Shown in pieces: positions 61,854 to 64,000 of a DNA stretch of 64,000 nucleotides. Below the pieces are notes generated by a model, which saw only the letters and a list, made by a program, of their open reading frames with translations, ran no database searches and had not been told where the DNA came from. The DNA is from Schmidtea polychroa (taxonomy: Eukaryota), in assembly GCA_044892525.1 (NCBI GenBank), contig CM097885.1:17362001-17426000 (forward strand), written 5' to 3'. The position numbers and the translations under genes are program-made. Numbering within the stretch: the stretch's first letter is position 1; every line of letters begins with the position of its first letter.

Positions 61854-62840
61854 ATGAGAAGCCTAATCGTGATGATGATTATAATGACAATGCCAAAAAT
61901 CCTGCAAGCAGAAGAGTCAATGATCAGATGCCAGAAAGAATACCCATATCGCAGAGAAGATAGTACATGTAGTAGCTTTAAATCGATCTGCGAAAAACCC
62001 AATGAGGAATGCGAACAAATCAAGTTACAATGTTCGCAATGTCCACAAACAACTGAAAGTTCGACGGAAGTGCAAATGGCTCAGACAATAAAAACAATGT
62101 TAGAACAAGAAATGAAAGTTATCAGAACCCAGATAGCAACATTAGCCAAACAATGTCAAAGTCAGAAATCAAAGAGAGAATCCCAAACAGATCCAGCCGC
62201 AATGAGAATGATGGTAATAATATTAGAGGAAATAAAACAACAGGTAAAAGCAACCGCCTATGGACGTCCAAGCAATTGCGAAATAGTAGTAAAATCTTTG
62301 GAGGAAATGAAAGGAAAAATAACTTCCATCATCAAAGAGGAACCCAGCATTAAAAATGAGGTAACGAAAACCTTGAAAGAAATGACAAGGGAAATCCTAA
62401 CTACCATAAACAAAAACCCAACGAACTCCGAGAAGATGATTAAAACCCTTGAGGCAATAAAGAAAGTTGTCACCTCAGAAGAAAACAAATTCAATAAGCC
62501 CGAAAAATCGGAAACGGCGGATACAACCCAATTAAAAGAAATTATGAACAAACCCAAAGTAATAGAACCGAGAGAGTCTGAATCCCTCACAATATTGATC
62601 CTATTAGTGGCGAGCCTAATGATAAACATCACCGTACTGAGCCTGATTGCACTCAAACCCAATTCCGGAAAAGAAAGAAACAAAACCCTCAAACTAAAGG
62701 AACAATCAAGAAGTATTCGTATCCCAATGGAAGAACAGCTAGTCCAAACAACGAACCAACCAAGCTACTTCAAATCTTCCCCAAACATTGAAACCAGAGC
62801 CGTCATCGAGACGAGATCCCGAACAACCGAGTTTTATTAA
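61854..62840 (+). CDS. Type-I membrane protein: signal peptide, 6-Cys N-terminal module, helical repeat stalk, TM, short tail
   Basis: MRSLIVMMIIMTMPKILQA; CQKEYPYRREDSTCSSFKSICEKPNEECEQIKLQCSQC; LTILILLVASLMINITVLSLIAL. Confidence 0.75.
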   Translation: MRSLIVMMIIMTMPKILQAEESMIRCQKEYPYRREDSTCSSFKSICEKPNEECEQIKLQCSQCPQTTESSTEVQMAQTIKTMLEQEMKVIRTQIATLAKQCQSQKSKRESQTDPAAMRMMVIILEEIKQQVKATAYGRPSNCEIVVKSLEEMKGKITSIIKEEPSIKNEVTKTLKEMTREILTTINKNPTNSEKMIKTLEAIKKVVTSEENKFNKPEKSETADTTQLKEIMNKPKVIEPRESESLTILILLVASLMINITVLSLIALKPNSGKERNKTLKLKEQSRSIRIPMEEQLVQTTNQPSYFKSSPNIETRAVIETRSRTTEFY

Positions 62841-63194
62841 TGTGACATCACGACAGTATAAACATTTCATGACATTATAAAACATTATCAAGCAATCATG
62901 ATTTCAAAGACCGAGACTGATTGTGACTAATAACATTGATTCTTGAGCATGATAATTTTATTTTTGTGTGGACCGACCTCGGTCGTTCTTTTTCTTCATC
63001 TTTCAACCCATCCGTAGAATGTAGTATAATATTAGCCTTTTTATGTATGTGGGTATTGAGGTCACGACCCTGTAGCTCGTAGACCCAATTTGCATGTAGG
63101 CACTTGTAATATAGTGCAAGTATTCTGAAAAATAATTTTCTTCATCTTGTGATTTATATTGCGGGTCGCAATTTTATGGGCCCCGAGTTTTTTA

Positions 63195-64000
63195 TGTTGG
63201 GCTAGAACTGACTTCTAGACCCAAACTTGAATTGTGACTGAAAGGTGCAGGTACACAACATACAAAAGCAAGAAGTTTAGTTAAATATGAAAATTACATC
63301 AAATAAACAATATTAACTAAAGGAGAAAGTAACAAAAACCTAAAACACAGAAATTAAATAAAATTATACAAAAGCAAGAAGTGATGCAAAAATAGAACTC
63401 AAAAACAACCAAATAAACACAGATAAGCATAAAACAGACTCAAACAACTTAAAAGACGATAAAAACCGAAAAAATTCCAGAAAAGCCCAGAACATTCCAT
63501 TAAAATGGCGATGACCATCACAAAAGCCAGCTAGAACAATAAAAGTTAGAGGAAATAAATAAATTAGTATTAAAAATAATAAATCTTAAAAAGAAATTCA
63601 CAAAACATCGGTTAAAATAAAAATTAAATTAAAAGCAAAATAGAATGTTCTGGAACCGTTCCAAATCCATCATGGACGGCAAATTAACGAAAAATAATTA
63701 AAGAATAAAAATATAAAAATAAAAACAAAAATTATGGCACAAAAATTGTCATTAAAAATAGCAAAATCGTAAAATAGAAAATTCTGGAATAAAAAGAATT
63801 CGAGTTTGTTTTAATGCATCAATACATACACGTGTACAAAATAGGTATATATACCGACACGTTTCGGTCATAAATCAATCTTTATGCCAATATTTTGCTG
63901 AAAAATTATTTTGGAGAATCATTAGTAAGCCTTTTGATTTGTTGTAATTTTATGTTATGTAATTATATTAATATCGACCTTTTATCTATTAAAAATATTT
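63195..64000 (+). repeat. 3' LTR (first 806 bp; continues beyond the window)
   Basis: Colinear with 30384-31189 at a constant offset of 32811; I found two substitutions (30451/63262 and 30631/63442). Confidence 0.97.

Larger units (their letters stand above)
30384..64000 (+). mobile_element. Giant Ty3/Gypsy LTR retroelement (Burro-like), continuing past the window end; predicted ~38 kb
   Basis: Direct repeats starting TGTTGGGCTAG at 30384 and 63195, PBS, gag and pol in PR-RT-RH-IN order, all element genes on the A-rich plus strand. Confidence 0.95.

Noticed and set aside
39641..62692. Many minus-strand ORFs within the giant element (e.g. 43995-44486, 56588-57490)
   Set aside because: Antisense shadows of A-rich plus-strand genes with no recognisable motifs; only the LINE ORF at 55462 is a real minus-strand gene

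Overview
AT-rich eukaryotic (animal) genomic DNA made up almost entirely of nested mobile elements. It resembles a planarian genome such as Schmidtea, which is an inference from composition, (AAT)n microsatellites, short introns and element types. Left part (1-30383): satellite-like arrays, a decayed hAT transposon, a tandem Penelope-like element with a degenerate hammerhead, one spliced host-like gene, a MITE and Gypsy relics. It also holds a Polinton/Maverick starting AGTAGTAG at 17646 (integrase, ATPase, protease, major and minor capsid, pX-like protein, a TBP-like gene, intron-containing genes), interrupted by a small Gypsy element. Right part (30384 to beyond 64000): one giant Ty3/Gypsy LTR retroelement of about 38 kb predicted length, resembling the reported planarian 'Burro' elements, with ~5.8-kb LTRs and a tRNA-Pro PBS. 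It appears to encode one ~4,700-aa polyprotein: Gag, ubiquitin-like domains, TRAF/MATH, Bcl-2-like, a chuvirus-like envelope glycoprotein placed BEFORE pol, PR, RT, RNase H, IN, ankyrin and a second type-I membrane protein. A recurrent putative protease-cleavage motif marks the domain boundaries. An operon-like array of accessory genes (RING, TRAF, IAP, coiled-coil proteins, a Cys-rich receptor-like protein, an LTR-encoded AT-hook protein) shares a splice-acceptor-like signal before each ATG, and in the 3' array a TGTA(A/G)ATA motif follows each stop. Together this looks like an enveloped, virus-like retroelement carrying a TNF/TRAF/IAP/Bcl-2 cell-death control kit. All domain calls are by eye, without database searches.
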